From Gemmatimonadaceae bacterium (GTDB taxonomy: Bacteria > Gemmatimonadota > Gemmatimonadetes > Gemmatimonadales > Gemmatimonadaceae), in contig JBGAJQ010000001.1 in the NCBI GenBank assembly GCA_044224875.1, positions 128,001 through 192,000 of the forward strand: a stretch of 64,000 bases of DNA, given 5' to 3'. The notes under the pieces are model-generated. The model did no database searches and was not told where the DNA came from. It was given only the letters and a program-made list of their open reading frames with translations. The position numbers and the translations under genes are program-made. Below, in pieces: positions 40,510 to 49,686 of this stretch. Numbering within the stretch: the stretch's first letter is position 1; every line of letters starts with the position of its first letter.

Positions 40510-41751
40510 CTACTTCTTGCGGATTCGAGCGGTTGTCGCTGCCCGGCGGCGAGCCTTGGGCACACCACGCAGTGCCTGGCGCAGGTCATCGATCAAGTCG
40601 GCGGTGTCCTCAATCCCGACCGAATAGCGAAGCAAGCCTTCAGGGATTCCGAGCTTCGCGCGTTGTGCGGGCGTACACTCCACATGACTCGTCGTTGCTG
40701 GCGGACCCACGTACGTCTGCACACCACCAAGGCTTGGCGCACACTGCGCGAATTGCAGTCGCTTGAGGAAGGGCGCAACGGTCTTCAAGCCACCCGGAAG
40801 CTGGAAGCTCAACAGCCCGCCAAAACCGCGCATCTGTCGGCTCGCGATCTCGTGCCCGGGATCGGTTGGCAGTCCGGGGTAATTGACCGATGCGACATTG
40901 GGGTGCTCAGACAGGAAGTTGGCAATGGCCAGCGCTGACTCGTTCTGTTGCCTGACCCGCAGGGCCAACGTCTTCATGCCTCGATACAACAGGTAGGCCG
41001 CATCCGGCGCCAAACTCGCTCCGGTGATCTCCCGATAGCGAAACACTTCGTCCACCAGCTCTCGCTTTCCACACAACACGCCACCCATGGCGTCCTCGTG
41101 GCCACCCAGATACTTCGTGGCACTGTGGACCACCAGATCCGCGCCAAGCGCCAGCGGGTTGCAGTTGACGGGCGTCGCAAAGGTGTTGTCCGTCACCACG
41201 ATCGCCCCCGCGTGGTGTCCCGCGCGCGCCAAGCGCGCGATGTCCACCACCTTGAGCGTGGGGTTGGTCGGTGTCTCCAAGTAGAGCAGGCGACACCCTT
41301 TGCCAATCTCGGCCTCGATGGCCACATGGTCCGTCGTATCGCACAACGCAACGTCGACGCCAACACGCGGCAAGAACTCGAGGAAAAGTCGGCTCGTTCC
41401 CCCATAGGAATCACGGATGGACACCACACGATCGCCAGGCTTCAAGAGTGCGAAGAGCGTACCACTCACGGCCGCCATTCCGGTGGCAAATGCCGTTGCC
41501 GCTTCTCCACCCTCGACGACACGCACCTTCTCCTCAAACACCTGGACCGTGGGGTTGGTGTTTCGCGTGTAGTTGTGTCCATGTTTCCGACCTAACGCGA
41601 TGTCCAGCCACTCATCGAGGTCCGGATGACTGAAAGATGCCGTACGGTACAACGGCGGTTGGGATGCGTGATGCGCGTCGTGCGGCGAATCTGTCTCGCC
41701 CGCCCACACGAGTTGTGTGGCCGCGCGCGTCGAACGGAAAGTGCGAGGCAC
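40510..41751 (-). CDS. Cys/Met metabolism PLP-dependent enzyme (cystathionine gamma-synthase / methionine gamma-lyase family)
   Basis: YTRNTNPT, FATGMAA, LETPTNP, DNTFATP, HSATKYLGGH (PLP Lys), SLGG, LLRYSVGIED. Confidence 0.9.
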   Translation of the reverse strand: MPRTFRSTRAATQLVWAGETDSPHDAHHASQPPLYRTASFSHPDLDEWLDIALGRKHGHNYTRNTNPTVQVFEEKVRVVEGGEAATAFATGMAAVSGTLFALLKPGDRVVSIRDSYGGTSRLFLEFLPRVGVDVALCDTTDHVAIEAEIGKGCRLLYLETPTNPTLKVVDIARLARAGHHAGAIVVTDNTFATPVNCNPLALGADLVVHSATKYLGGHEDAMGGVLCGKRELVDEVFRYREITGASLAPDAAYLLYRGMKTLALRVRQQNESALAIANFLSEHPNVASVNYPGLPTDPGHEIASRQMRGFGGLLSFQLPGGLKTVAPFLKRLQFAQCAPSLGGVQTYVGPPATTSHVECTPAQRAKLGIPEGLLRYSVGIEDTADLIDDLRQALRGVPKARRRAATTARIRKK

Positions 41752-41842
41752 GATGGAGCTCCGGTGCAGTGCGGGGTGTGTTCGAATGCAAAGCCTGAAT
41801 CAACGATGCAATCGGACCCTTCGACAAGAGGCAGGCGACAGG

Positions 41843-43027
41843 CTACAGGAGGGCAGGCTCGCTGCTGTGCTCCCCCCGCTCGTAGACGATGTGGGCGCGA
41901 CCCACCAACATGCCATCCAGTGGGCCGATGGCGTCCAGGTCCTTGTTCGCGTAGGGTAGCTTCAACAAGACGTAACGCATCGCGTTCAGTCGGGCGCGCT
42001 TCTTACAGTCCGACTTGATGACCGTCCACGGCGAATCAGCCGTATCGGTGTGGAAGAACATCGCTTCCTTCGCCTTGGTATACGCGTCCCACTTGTTGAG
42101 CGAGGCCATGTCCACCGGCGACAACTTCCATTGCTTCAGCGGATGCGCCTCGCGTTCCTTGAAACGACGGCGCTGTTCTTTGCGGCTGACGGAGAACCAG
42201 AACTTGATCAAGTGCACGCCGCTGCGGACCAGATTCCGCTCGAACTCGGGCGCCTGTCGCATGAACTCCGTGTATTCGTCCGCCGTACAAAACCCCATCA
42301 CGCGCTCGACACCGGCTCGATTGTACCAGGAGCGATCGAAGAGCGCGATCTCCCCGGCCGTCGGAAGCTCCTGGACATAGCGCTGAAAATACCACTGGCC
42401 GCGTTCGACGTCGCTGGGCTTCTCCAAGGCGACGACGCGTGCACCGCGAGGGTTCAGGTGCTCCATGAACCGCTTGATGGTGCCCCCTTTGCCCGCAGCG
42501 TCACGACCCTCGAACAGCACAACGACCTTTTGGCCAGTTGCCTTCACCCAGGCTTGCAGCTTCAAGAGTTCAACCTGCAGCGCGTACTTCTGGCGTTCGT
42601 ACGCCTTGCGTGAGAGCAGGTTGCGATACGGGTAGCCCCCACGACGCCAATCAGCGGCGAGTTCGTCGTCCGCCGTCGACGTCCGCCGAGCCAGCCGCGC
42701 CTTGTCGCGCAGCGCCCGGCGCAGGACCGCGGCGTCGTCTGGCGAGGCTCCATCAATGATCGCTTGGAGCGACTCCGCGAGCTGCACGCGATCGACCGCG
42801 TGGCGCCCCCTGATGATATCCTCCACCGCGGTCACCTTGGACTCGACCGCCGCCGATACGGCTTGCTGGACGGCATCGGTGCGAACACCCTCCGGCGTCA
42901 GCGATCGTGCTATATCGCCAGATGCAACTCGGCGCGTCCGTGCCGCGGTGCCTTGACTGCGAGCGCGCTTTCCGTTCGTATGAACCTTGGCCACGAGAGC
43001 TCCAACTGGTGACGGCAACCCGGGCAT
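41843..43027 (-). CDS. ppk2: Polyphosphate kinase 2 with N-terminal extension
   Basis: LQVELLKLQ, FEGRDAAGKGG (Walker A), FDRSWYNRAGVE, WKLSP.D, KKRARLN. Start uncertain. Confidence 0.9.
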   Translation of the reverse strand: MPGLPSPVGALVAKVHTNGKRARSQGTAARTRRVASGDIARSLTPEGVRTDAVQQAVSAAVESKVTAVEDIIRGRHAVDRVQLAESLQAIIDGASPDDAAVLRRALRDKARLARRTSTADDELAADWRRGGYPYRNLLSRKAYERQKYALQVELLKLQAWVKATGQKVVVLFEGRDAAGKGGTIKRFMEHLNPRGARVVALEKPSDVERGQWYFQRYVQELPTAGEIALFDRSWYNRAGVERVMGFCTADEYTEFMRQAPEFERNLVRSGVHLIKFWFSVSRKEQRRRFKEREAHPLKQWKLSPVDMASLNKWDAYTKAKEAMFFHTDTADSPWTVIKSDCKKRARLNAMRYVLLKLPYANKDLDAIGPLDGMLVGRAHIVYERGEHSSEPALL

Positions 43028-43213
43028 CGGGTGCGATATCCTGAACCCTGTGCAGGGTGACAGGACCACGCTAGCAAGGGTCCGCCGACAAGACGCCGGG
43101 TGTCGCCCGACCGATCCCGGTGGCCCCCCATAAGGGGTCCGCGGGGGTCACAGCCGGCGCACCACACCTCCCACGCGACGTGCCATGTGCGGCGCAGCGT
43201 TGTGGAAATACCG

Positions 43214-43915
43214 TCAGCTCGGCGCTTCTGCGGAGGCCACCTCGCGAGCCACAGGAAACGCACAGCTCCACGCCAAGCTTCCGTTGTCGCGCTGGTTCCA
43301 CCACGCGAGGGTCGCCTCCTGCAACCGGGCCAGCCGTGCCGCGTATCGATGCCAACGCGAGCCCGCACGCGACGTATCCGGCACGAGCCACTCCTGTGGC
43401 GCCGCCTCCGCCAGCAGCAATGTCGTGTCACCGGCGTCGTGCGCGGTGTCGACGGAAATGAGAAGTGTGCTCGGGGTGTGCAGTCCACGCGCGACCAGGT
43501 CCTTGCACGACGCGAGCCAGATGTGCGTCAGGACGCTCGCGTCCGCATTCGAGAGCTCGGCCGATGTGAACCGAGTATCCACTCGCACACCGCGCGGTAA
43601 GACAGCCATCGTCAAGCGATACGTTAGGCGCCACCAGTCGTCGACCGCTACCGCGCGAAGCGGTGCGAGTGCGCTTGAACGTGTGGGCCCCTTCAGCATC
43701 CGCACTGTCCGATTCGCATCGCGGATTTGCTCCGACAGTGCACGAAGCGCATCTGCATCCGCTGCTGCTGCCAACGTGGCGACCGCATCGGCGCGTAATG
43801 CCAAGGCACTCGCAATACCACCGAGATCGTGAGCCAGAACACCAAACGAGTCGCGGTAGAGCTCCGCAGCTTCTTGCGCATCGATGGACCCAAAGTCCCG
43901 CTTTCGTGATATCAT
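43214..43915 (-). CDS. Degenerate histidine-kinase-like protein (H-box retained, ATP-binding boxes lost); candidate ChpT-like phosphotransferase
   Basis: FGVLAHDLGGI H-box; colinear similarity by eye to the kinase at 46456-47514; no N, G1 or G2 boxes. Start at ATG 43915 or GTG 43954. Confidence 0.6.
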   Translation of the reverse strand: MISRKRDFGSIDAQEAAELYRDSFGVLAHDLGGIASALALRADAVATLAAAADADALRALSEQIRDANRTVRMLKGPTRSSALAPLRAVAVDDWWRLTYRLTMAVLPRGVRVDTRFTSAELSNADASVLTHIWLASCKDLVARGLHTPSTLLISVDTAHDAGDTTLLLAEAAPQEWLVPDTSRAGSRWHRYAARLARLQEATLAWWNQRDNGSLAWSCAFPVAREVASAEAPS

Positions 43916-43969
43916 CGCATCCTTCCTCGTGGCGCCTGGCGTTTCGGCAGCCACTCTCCAGGAGACATC

Positions 43970-44644
43970 ATGCTCCAGACTTTGACGAGGACGTCGCCGT
44001 CGGCGACGGATCCCATGAGCGATACTCGAATCCGCATCTTACTTGTTGATGATCATACCATCATGCGCGAAGGGCTGGCCGCCGTACTCACGCCCGACAA
44101 GGGCCTCGAAGTCGTGGGGCAAGCGGGTGATGGTGAAACCGCCCTTCGCCTGTTTCGCGAGCAATCTCCCGATGTCTCGATCGTCGACCTGCGCATGACT
44201 CCCATGGATGGCGTTGAGTTGACGCAAGCCATGCGGAACGAAAATCCCAATGCGCGCGTCGTCTTGTTGACGACATACGACACTGATGAAGACGTGTTCC
44301 GTGGCCTTCGCGCTGGGGCTGCCTCGTTCCTCCTTAAAGACGTTGACACGGCAAGACTCGTTGAGACGATTCGCACCGTGCACGCCGGCCGAAAGGACAT
44401 CTCGCCGGAAATCGCATCGAAGCTGGCCGACCACGTGCACGCCGATGCACTCACGGCACGCCAACGCGAGGTGCTGTCGTGCATCGCCGAGGGCAAGTCG
44501 AATCTGGAGATTGCCCACACCCTGAACATCAGCGAAGGCACGGTCAAGGCACACGTCAAGGCAATCCTCCAGAAATTGGACGCTCGCGACCGGACGCAGG
44601 CCATCACGATAGCAATCAAGCGGGGGCTGGTTCGCTCCCTGTAG
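43970..44644 (+). CDS. NarL/LuxR-family response regulator
   Basis: ILLVDDH.IMREGL, VDLRM, FLLKD, LTARQREVL..IAEGKSN.EIA..L.ISEGTVKAHV. AGGAG before 43970; alternative start 44015. Confidence 0.92.
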   Translation: MLQTLTRTSPSATDPMSDTRIRILLVDDHTIMREGLAAVLTPDKGLEVVGQAGDGETALRLFREQSPDVSIVDLRMTPMDGVELTQAMRNENPNARVVLLTTYDTDEDVFRGLRAGAASFLLKDVDTARLVETIRTVHAGRKDISPEIASKLADHVHADALTARQREVLSCIAEGKSNLEIAHTLNISEGTVKAHVKAILQKLDARDRTQAITIAIKRGLVRSL

Positions 44645-44685
44645 GTGTGCCAACGCCTAACGGCGCCGACTTCCGTCGTTCGCTC

Positions 44686-44703
44686 CCTCTCTCTTGAGAG
44701 ATA
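44686..44703. promoter_or_regulatory. Candidate regulator-binding dyad upstream of the DUF4397-like gene
   Basis: CCTCTCTC-TT-GAGAGATA, similar to the dyads at 47823 and 47873. Confidence 0.35.
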
Positions 44704-44904
44704 GGGGCGTGTGCTCCCCGGGGGCGGCGTCGCCGTAGGGGCTCCGGTGGAGAGAAAGTCACCACCCGTGGGAAATAGTGCGGTCGTCCGGTTGTGACCA
44801 GCTTACGTGGCGTCCAGCAGGGCCTGTCTCTCCGCGGAGGTGGTTGCAGAAAGGCGGCCGAGGCGGATGGCCCTGGGACCCCCACCAAGTACACGGAGAT
44901 AGAC

Positions 44905-45654
44905 ATGACCACATTGCTTCGAGCGACGGCGACTGTTGCCGCTGCGACGCTGATCATAGGTGCCTGCAAGCCGAAGGACGCGCAAACTGAAGGGCAGGTG
45001 ACGACGCGCACCGGAGCGGGGGAAGTCGCGAGCTCCATCTCAGGCGACTCGGCGGACAAGCGGGGTGAGGCGCTGGTGCGAGTCGTGAATGCCGCAGCCA
45101 CCCCGCAAGGGTTGATCGTCCGGTCCGACGAAACACATACGTTGCCCACAGTCGAGTACAAGAAGGTCACGGCCTATCAGCCGATCGACAAGAACTGGGC
45201 CACGTTCCAGGTGAACAGCATGCCCGGCGGCAGCTTTGCGGCACTCGAGACAAACCGTGAACTCCTCACGGACGGCTACCGGTACAGCATGGTGATCATG
45301 CGCAACAAGGATGGTTCGGGGAGCGAGTCCCGAATCCTGCGCGATGAGATTTCGTCCGACCTGTCGACGTCGCACCTGCGTGTCGTGCATGCGGCGCAGG
45401 GCGTGGGTGAAGTGAACGTGATTGCCAAAGGGGGCGAGAAGCTCTTTGACGGCGTGAACTTCACGTCGGAAGCAGGGTTCAAGAGTGTCACGCCGTGGGC
45501 TGGCACGCTGGAATTCCGCACGCAGGACGACAACCGTCTGCTGCTGACGCTGCCGAATGTCAAGCTCGAGGCAGGGAAGTCCTACACCATCGTGCTGACA
45601 CGCAATGAGAAGGGCAAGGTGGATTCCTTCTGGTTCGAAGACACGCAAGCCTAA
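44905..45654 (+). CDS. DUF4397-like lipoprotein (two repeated beta domains)
   Basis: IIGAC lipobox; ALVRVVNA and HLRVVHAA...GEVNV repeats; LEAGKSYTIV; GGAG RBS. Confidence 0.75.
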   Translation: MTTLLRATATVAAATLIIGACKPKDAQTEGQVTTRTGAGEVASSISGDSADKRGEALVRVVNAAATPQGLIVRSDETHTLPTVEYKKVTAYQPIDKNWATFQVNSMPGGSFAALETNRELLTDGYRYSMVIMRNKDGSGSESRILRDEISSDLSTSHLRVVHAAQGVGEVNVIAKGGEKLFDGVNFTSEAGFKSVTPWAGTLEFRTQDDNRLLLTLPNVKLEAGKSYTIVLTRNEKGKVDSFWFEDTQA

Positions 45655-46012
45655 CGACATAATGGACTTGCCGCCCCCGGCGCCGGTGATGCCGTGTGGA
45701 GTGGGGAACCGACGTTCGGGGTGCGGCCCATCATGCAAGCGCAACGACCAATGATCTTGAAGACGACCAGCGGACGATGTCCACCCGTTTGCGGAGCGCA
45801 GGCAACTTCTGCGAACTGCCCGTGGGTGGCCGACATGCTTGCGCTCTTTGCGACGGCCGCGTACCCCCGCGTCTCCAGGGAACAGCTGCAACGCCTGGCG
45901 CCCTGTCTACGAAGAAGCCGTCAAACTACTCTCGCGTCGTTTCCCACGTACGAGCCACCCGCACTCGAGCGCGTTGCAGGCAAGCATGCCACGACGTGGT
46001 CACGCCCGCAGC

Positions 46013-46453
46013 TTATTCCTCGAGTTCGATGATCGCCTCGCCAGAGACGACGCGGCGAATGGCACTAATCAGTCGATCCGCGCTCACGCCCTTCGACACG
46101 AACCCCCAGGCGCCCTGCGATAGCGTGCGTTCCATAAGTTCGCCGCTCGGATAACCGGTAAAGACCACAACGCGAGAATCCGGTGCGCGCCTGACCAATT
46201 CGGACAAAATTCGCAGCGCATCCACGTCTCCAGGTAAGTCGATGTCCAGGAGCACGATGGATGGATGATGCATGACCGCACCCTCGACCGATAATGCGAA
46301 GTCCTCCACACGGTGAAACCGTGTGAACCCCGGCTCCAGATCCAGTCGGCGCTCCAGCGCGTCCACCAGCAGCACGTTGTCATCGATACACATGACGCTG
46401 AATGGCGTGTCGGACGGCGAGGTCCCGTGAACGTTGCCAGGCGAGGAGGTCAT
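46013..46453 (-). CDS. Single-domain response regulator (receiver only)
   Basis: VMCIDDN, IVLLDIDLPG, VFTGY, GFVSKG; ends right after the receiver domain. Confidence 0.85.
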   Translation of the reverse strand: MTSSPGNVHGTSPSDTPFSVMCIDDNVLLVDALERRLDLEPGFTRFHRVEDFALSVEGAVMHHPSIVLLDIDLPGDVDALRILSELVRRAPDSRVVVFTGYPSGELMERTLSQGAWGFVSKGVSADRLISAIRRVVSGEAIIELEE

Positions 46454-46455
46454 GA

Positions 46456-47514
46456 TCAGCGCAACAAGGACCGGAGTCGGGTGGTATCGCCAGGGTACAC
46501 CCAGTGTACCCGCGCATCGGTTGGGGCATCGTCAGGCGCAACGCCAAGGGCCACGATGCGCGGCGCCTGCTGGGCCGCAAGCGTCGCATGCAGGGCATCA
46601 GCGTCCGGGAGTGTCGAAGCGTCGCACACGATCAGGTCGACATGCTCTTCCCCCGTGCTGACCTCCTGCATCCCCTGCTGCGCCAGCATGCGACGCACCA
46701 TGACCTGCTGACGCGGGTCCACCAAACGCACGCGCACACGAATCGGTCGACGGTCGCCGGCTGACACTTCCACATCAATGGGAAGACGCAGCGCGAAGGT
46801 CGCCCCCTCACCTACCGTCGACGAGGCCAGGGTGAGGTCGCCCTGATAGCGACGCATGAGACCTTTCGCCGTCGCCAGTCCCAACCCGGTGGCATACTCG
46901 CGCGGCCTCGTAGTGAAATATGGCTCGAAGCAGCGCGCCCGGACCTCGTCATCCATCCCCTGCCCGTTGTCGATGACATGCATGCACACGTGCTCCGGCT
47001 CCCTGGCCACGGCGACCTCCAGGCGAGGCGCCGAGCCGCCCTCCATGGCACGCCTTGCATTCATCACGAGATTGATGACCACCTGCGCAAGGACGCTCGG
47101 TGGCACGCGCACTGGTGGCAGGTCGCTGGGGAACGACGCCACAATGGTCGTACCTGACGGGAGCGCGTCGGCGATGACGGGTCGCAACTCCTGCCACCAC
47201 TCCGCGAGCCGAGTGGATGGCGCCTCACCGCGCGGCTGAAACGGGTCGGAACCAAGGAGCCGCAGGCCGCCGGCCAACCGCTGGAGGTCGGTGATGCTGC
47301 GGCGAATGCCCGCCAGGTCAGCTCGGGCAGCCTCGGGAAGGTCATGTGACGCTGCGAGCACATCCAGCCGCAACAGAATCGGCATGACCAAGTTCCGAAG
47401 GTCATGGCCGAGCCCCGTGGCAAGGGTACCGACCATCGCCAATCGCTGAAGATGCCGAAGGTCGGGAGCCTGATCGACGCGATCATCGCTGCTGGTCGTG
47501 CGCAGGTCGGACAC
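46456..47514 (-). CDS. Cytoplasmic histidine kinase lacking a sensor domain, with degenerate C-terminal receiver-like domain
   Basis: GLGHDLRN, QVVINLVMNA, DNGQGM, FEPYFTTR, TGLGL, GEGATF. Tail contains VDLIVCD but no conserved receiver Lys. Confidence 0.85.
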   Translation of the reverse strand: MSDLRTTSSDDRVDQAPDLRHLQRLAMVGTLATGLGHDLRNLVMPILLRLDVLAASHDLPEAARADLAGIRRSITDLQRLAGGLRLLGSDPFQPRGEAPSTRLAEWWQELRPVIADALPSGTTIVASFPSDLPPVRVPPSVLAQVVINLVMNARRAMEGGSAPRLEVAVAREPEHVCMHVIDNGQGMDDEVRARCFEPYFTTRPREYATGLGLATAKGLMRRYQGDLTLASSTVGEGATFALRLPIDVEVSAGDRRPIRVRVRLVDPRQQVMVRRMLAQQGMQEVSTGEEHVDLIVCDASTLPDADALHATLAAQQAPRIVALGVAPDDAPTDARVHWVYPGDTTRLRSLLR

Positions 47515-47822
47515 AGGACGGTCGTTTGGGTGGATGGCGCCAGGTGTGCGAGTCTTGCACCAAACTCATCATCTCGCCGCAGCTGCGGCATGAATACAGC
47601 GTCTGCGCCAGAGTGCGCAAATCTGGAGCCAACCCACCCCAGCGCGTGGTGATCTTGGCCGCATTTGAGAACCTTCTCCTTCGAGGAACACAGTCCAGCG
47701 TGGGTCCATGACGGCACTTCGCTACAGGGTAGAGCAGCTATCCGGCGGATTCCATTCGCCTCAAGGAAACATCTCCCTCGATACCTGAGAGAGAGCGGTG
47801 GGGCAATGACCGAGTCCCGAGG

Positions 47823-47890
47823 TGTCCCTCGTGAGGAGTAGGCGCCTCACGGCCTAACGGCGTATGGAAAATCGTCCCTCACGAGGACGA
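47823..47890. promoter_or_regulatory. Two candidate regulator-binding dyads upstream of csbD
   Basis: TGTCCCTC-GT-GAGGAGTA (47823-47840) and CGTCCCTC-AC-GAGGACGA (47873-47890), 50 bp apart. Confidence 0.4.
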
Positions 47891-48092
47891 GAATTGTCCG
47901 AGTGCGCTTGGTATTCTGTCGCCTACGTTCGCGGCGATGCCCGGAAGCGCTGGTAACGCCCGTGCTGTCGCCCAAAGAAGGAGCCACCGTGAATGGCCAT
48001 CGCTCGCGGACGCGCTCGGCACGATCACGAAGCGTCGGACCAATCAAGTGGGCCGCGCCACAATCATCCCATCGACCAACGGGAGACTGCAC

Positions 48093-48326
48093 ATGAACAC
48101 GGATCGCATGGAAGGCGCGTGGAAGCAGATGAAGGGGCGCATCAAGGAAACATGGGGCAAGCTTACCGATGATGACCTGGATCGCGTCGAGGGCCAGTGG
48201 GACCAACTCACCGGTTTAATCCAAAACAAGTACGGCAAGGCACGCGACGAGGCAGAGGTGGAAGTGAAGCGGTTTCGTGAGGAATACGACGACTTACCGA
48301 ACCCGCGCTCGGTTCCCCCCCGCTGA
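48093..48326 (+). CDS. csbD: CsbD/YjbJ-family stress protein
   Basis: MN.DRMEG.WKQMKGRIKE.WGKLTDDDLD..EG..DQL.GLIQ.KYG; GGGAG RBS. Confidence 0.92.
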   Translation: MNTDRMEGAWKQMKGRIKETWGKLTDDDLDRVEGQWDQLTGLIQNKYGKARDEAEVEVKRFREEYDDLPNPRSVPPR

Positions 48327-48333
48327 CGGGCGA

Positions 48334-48363
48334 TTGGAGCCGGGCGGCAACGCTCGGCTCCAA
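48334..48363 (+). terminator. GNRA-capped hairpin after csbD
   Basis: TTGGAGCCGGGCG-GCAA-CGCTCGGCTCCAA (one G-U pair). Confidence 0.55.
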
Positions 48364-48395
48364 CGCCGTACCACCATTAACGCCTGGTCAAATCC

Positions 48396-48908
48396 ATGCT
48401 ACTGAATTCACGGGACCAGATTACGAGTCACCTCACGGACATGCTGGCGCTCGAGCGCCACCTGCAACACGCGCTTGATGTACAGCTCTCCGTGATGGAT
48501 GACACCGTGGGGTCCGCACGCGAATTACGGAAGGTTCAACAGACCTGCACCCGGCACGTTGACGCACTGGACGCGCTCGTAAGACGGCGACATGCCGGGC
48601 GGGCGGTGCAGCGCAAGTCAGTGAAGGAAGCAGCATCCGCCATGCTCGGTGTCAGTGCGATTGCCGTTGACTTTGTACGGACCGAGCAACTGCCGAAGAA
48701 CCTCCCAGAAGACTACGCGGCGGTGTCACTCATGTGCGTGGGTTACGTAATGGTGCACCGCGCAGCCCTCTCGCGCGGAGAGGTGGATGTGATCGATCTT
48801 GCCTATCGCTGCTTGCAAGCGCATTCGCGATCAACCCTCTTGCTGCGAACAGCGGACCCGGCCCGTGGCAAGCGCGGCGAACGGCAGGTGCGGTACTCCG
48901 TGGAGTGA
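48396..48908 (+). CDS. Ferritin-like four-helix protein (DUF892/YciE-like), possibly diverged
   Basis: L.DMLALERHL..AL..Q, H...L..L, DY.A.S....GY helical pattern; adjacent to csbD. Confidence 0.55.
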   Translation: MLLNSRDQITSHLTDMLALERHLQHALDVQLSVMDDTVGSARELRKVQQTCTRHVDALDALVRRRHAGRAVQRKSVKEAASAMLGVSAIAVDFVRTEQLPKNLPEDYAAVSLMCVGYVMVHRAALSRGEVDVIDLAYRCLQAHSRSTLLLRTADPARGKRGERQVRYSVE

Positions 48909-49045
48909 TCACATCTGGATCTGAAGCGCGATACGATTCGTGTCTGCACATCCAAGCTACGCTCCCCAACAACAAGGATGGGACGAGCCGAGTTGCCTAA
49001 CAGATGTGCTTGCGCTTCACGTGTACCTCACACGATGTTGACTGA

Positions 49046-49114
49046 GCCTGCTGTTCCTCGATGACGACGGCTAGCCGCGGTTCGCCCACACGAACCTGAT
49101 CGAGGACAGCAGGC
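49046..49114. repeat. Branched inverted repeat between convergent genes
   Basis: GCCTGCTGTTCCTCGAT 49046-49062 / ATCGAGGACAGCAGGC 49099-49114 (one bulged T), enclosing GGCTAGCC and GGTTCG..CGAACC. Confidence 0.5.
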
Positions 49115-49119
49115 ACCTG

Positions 49120-49518
49120 CTATTGTTCGTGGAGGTTTACGAACTGAAGGGCTACGGGCAGGGAACTCACCGAGAAGCCGATCGACGTGTCGAGTTGAAC
49201 GCGAGCGATTCCGATCGCGGGCTCAGTAAAGCGGCACATGACGCGGCCACCAGACTGGACCGCCGCTGCCGAGGACACGGTGAGGTTCGTCGTGAAGACA
49301 CCATTGACGTTTGTGGTGACGACGATCGCGCCCGCGCCGCCACAGCCGACGCTTACCGTCGTACCTGGGATAAGGGTGCCACTATTGGAGTAGACGGCCC
49401 CTTGCACCGACGCGTGACCCATTCCAATTGTGGACGACGGATCTGTGGTGCGATCGGCGCAGGCCACAGTCGCAGCTGCGAAGGAAAGCACGAGCCACTG
49501 GTGACAACCAACCGACAT
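49120..49518 (-). CDS. Small hypothetical lipoprotein (beta-sandwich/carboxypeptidase-regulatory-like)
   Basis: TVAC lipobox after a hydrophobic stretch; VQGAVY...G.LIPG.TVSV and TNVNGVF. Confidence 0.55.
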   Translation of the reverse strand: MSVGCHQWLVLSFAAATVACADRTTDPSSTIGMGHASVQGAVYSNSGTLIPGTTVSVGCGGAGAIVVTTNVNGVFTTNLTVSSAAAVQSGGRVMCRFTEPAIGIARVQLDTSIGFSVSSLPVALQFVNLHEQ

Positions 49519-49686
49519 CGGATCAGCGGATTCGGGGACGCCTAACGTAGCCACCGCCGCCGATTGGGCGCCTGTGGCGAGCTTCCAAGTCTCAATAAGT
49601 GACAAGCTGGAGCGACGGCCACCACTACTCGCGCGCGCTGAACAGGCCGGTAGCTTTCCGGCTTCCCCCAACAAATGCGAAACCTC

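Noticed and set aside
45655..46012. Overlapping ORFs between the DUF4397-like gene and the single-domain regulator
   Set aside because: No RBS or recognisable motif, and the composition is typical of spurious frames.
10206..49546. Integron cassette array suggested by the many GTTAGGC/GCCTAAC cores
   Set aside because: There are no paired RYYYAAC...GTTRRRY attC hairpins and no intI, and most copies lie inside coding sequence. Reported instead as an over-represented motif.
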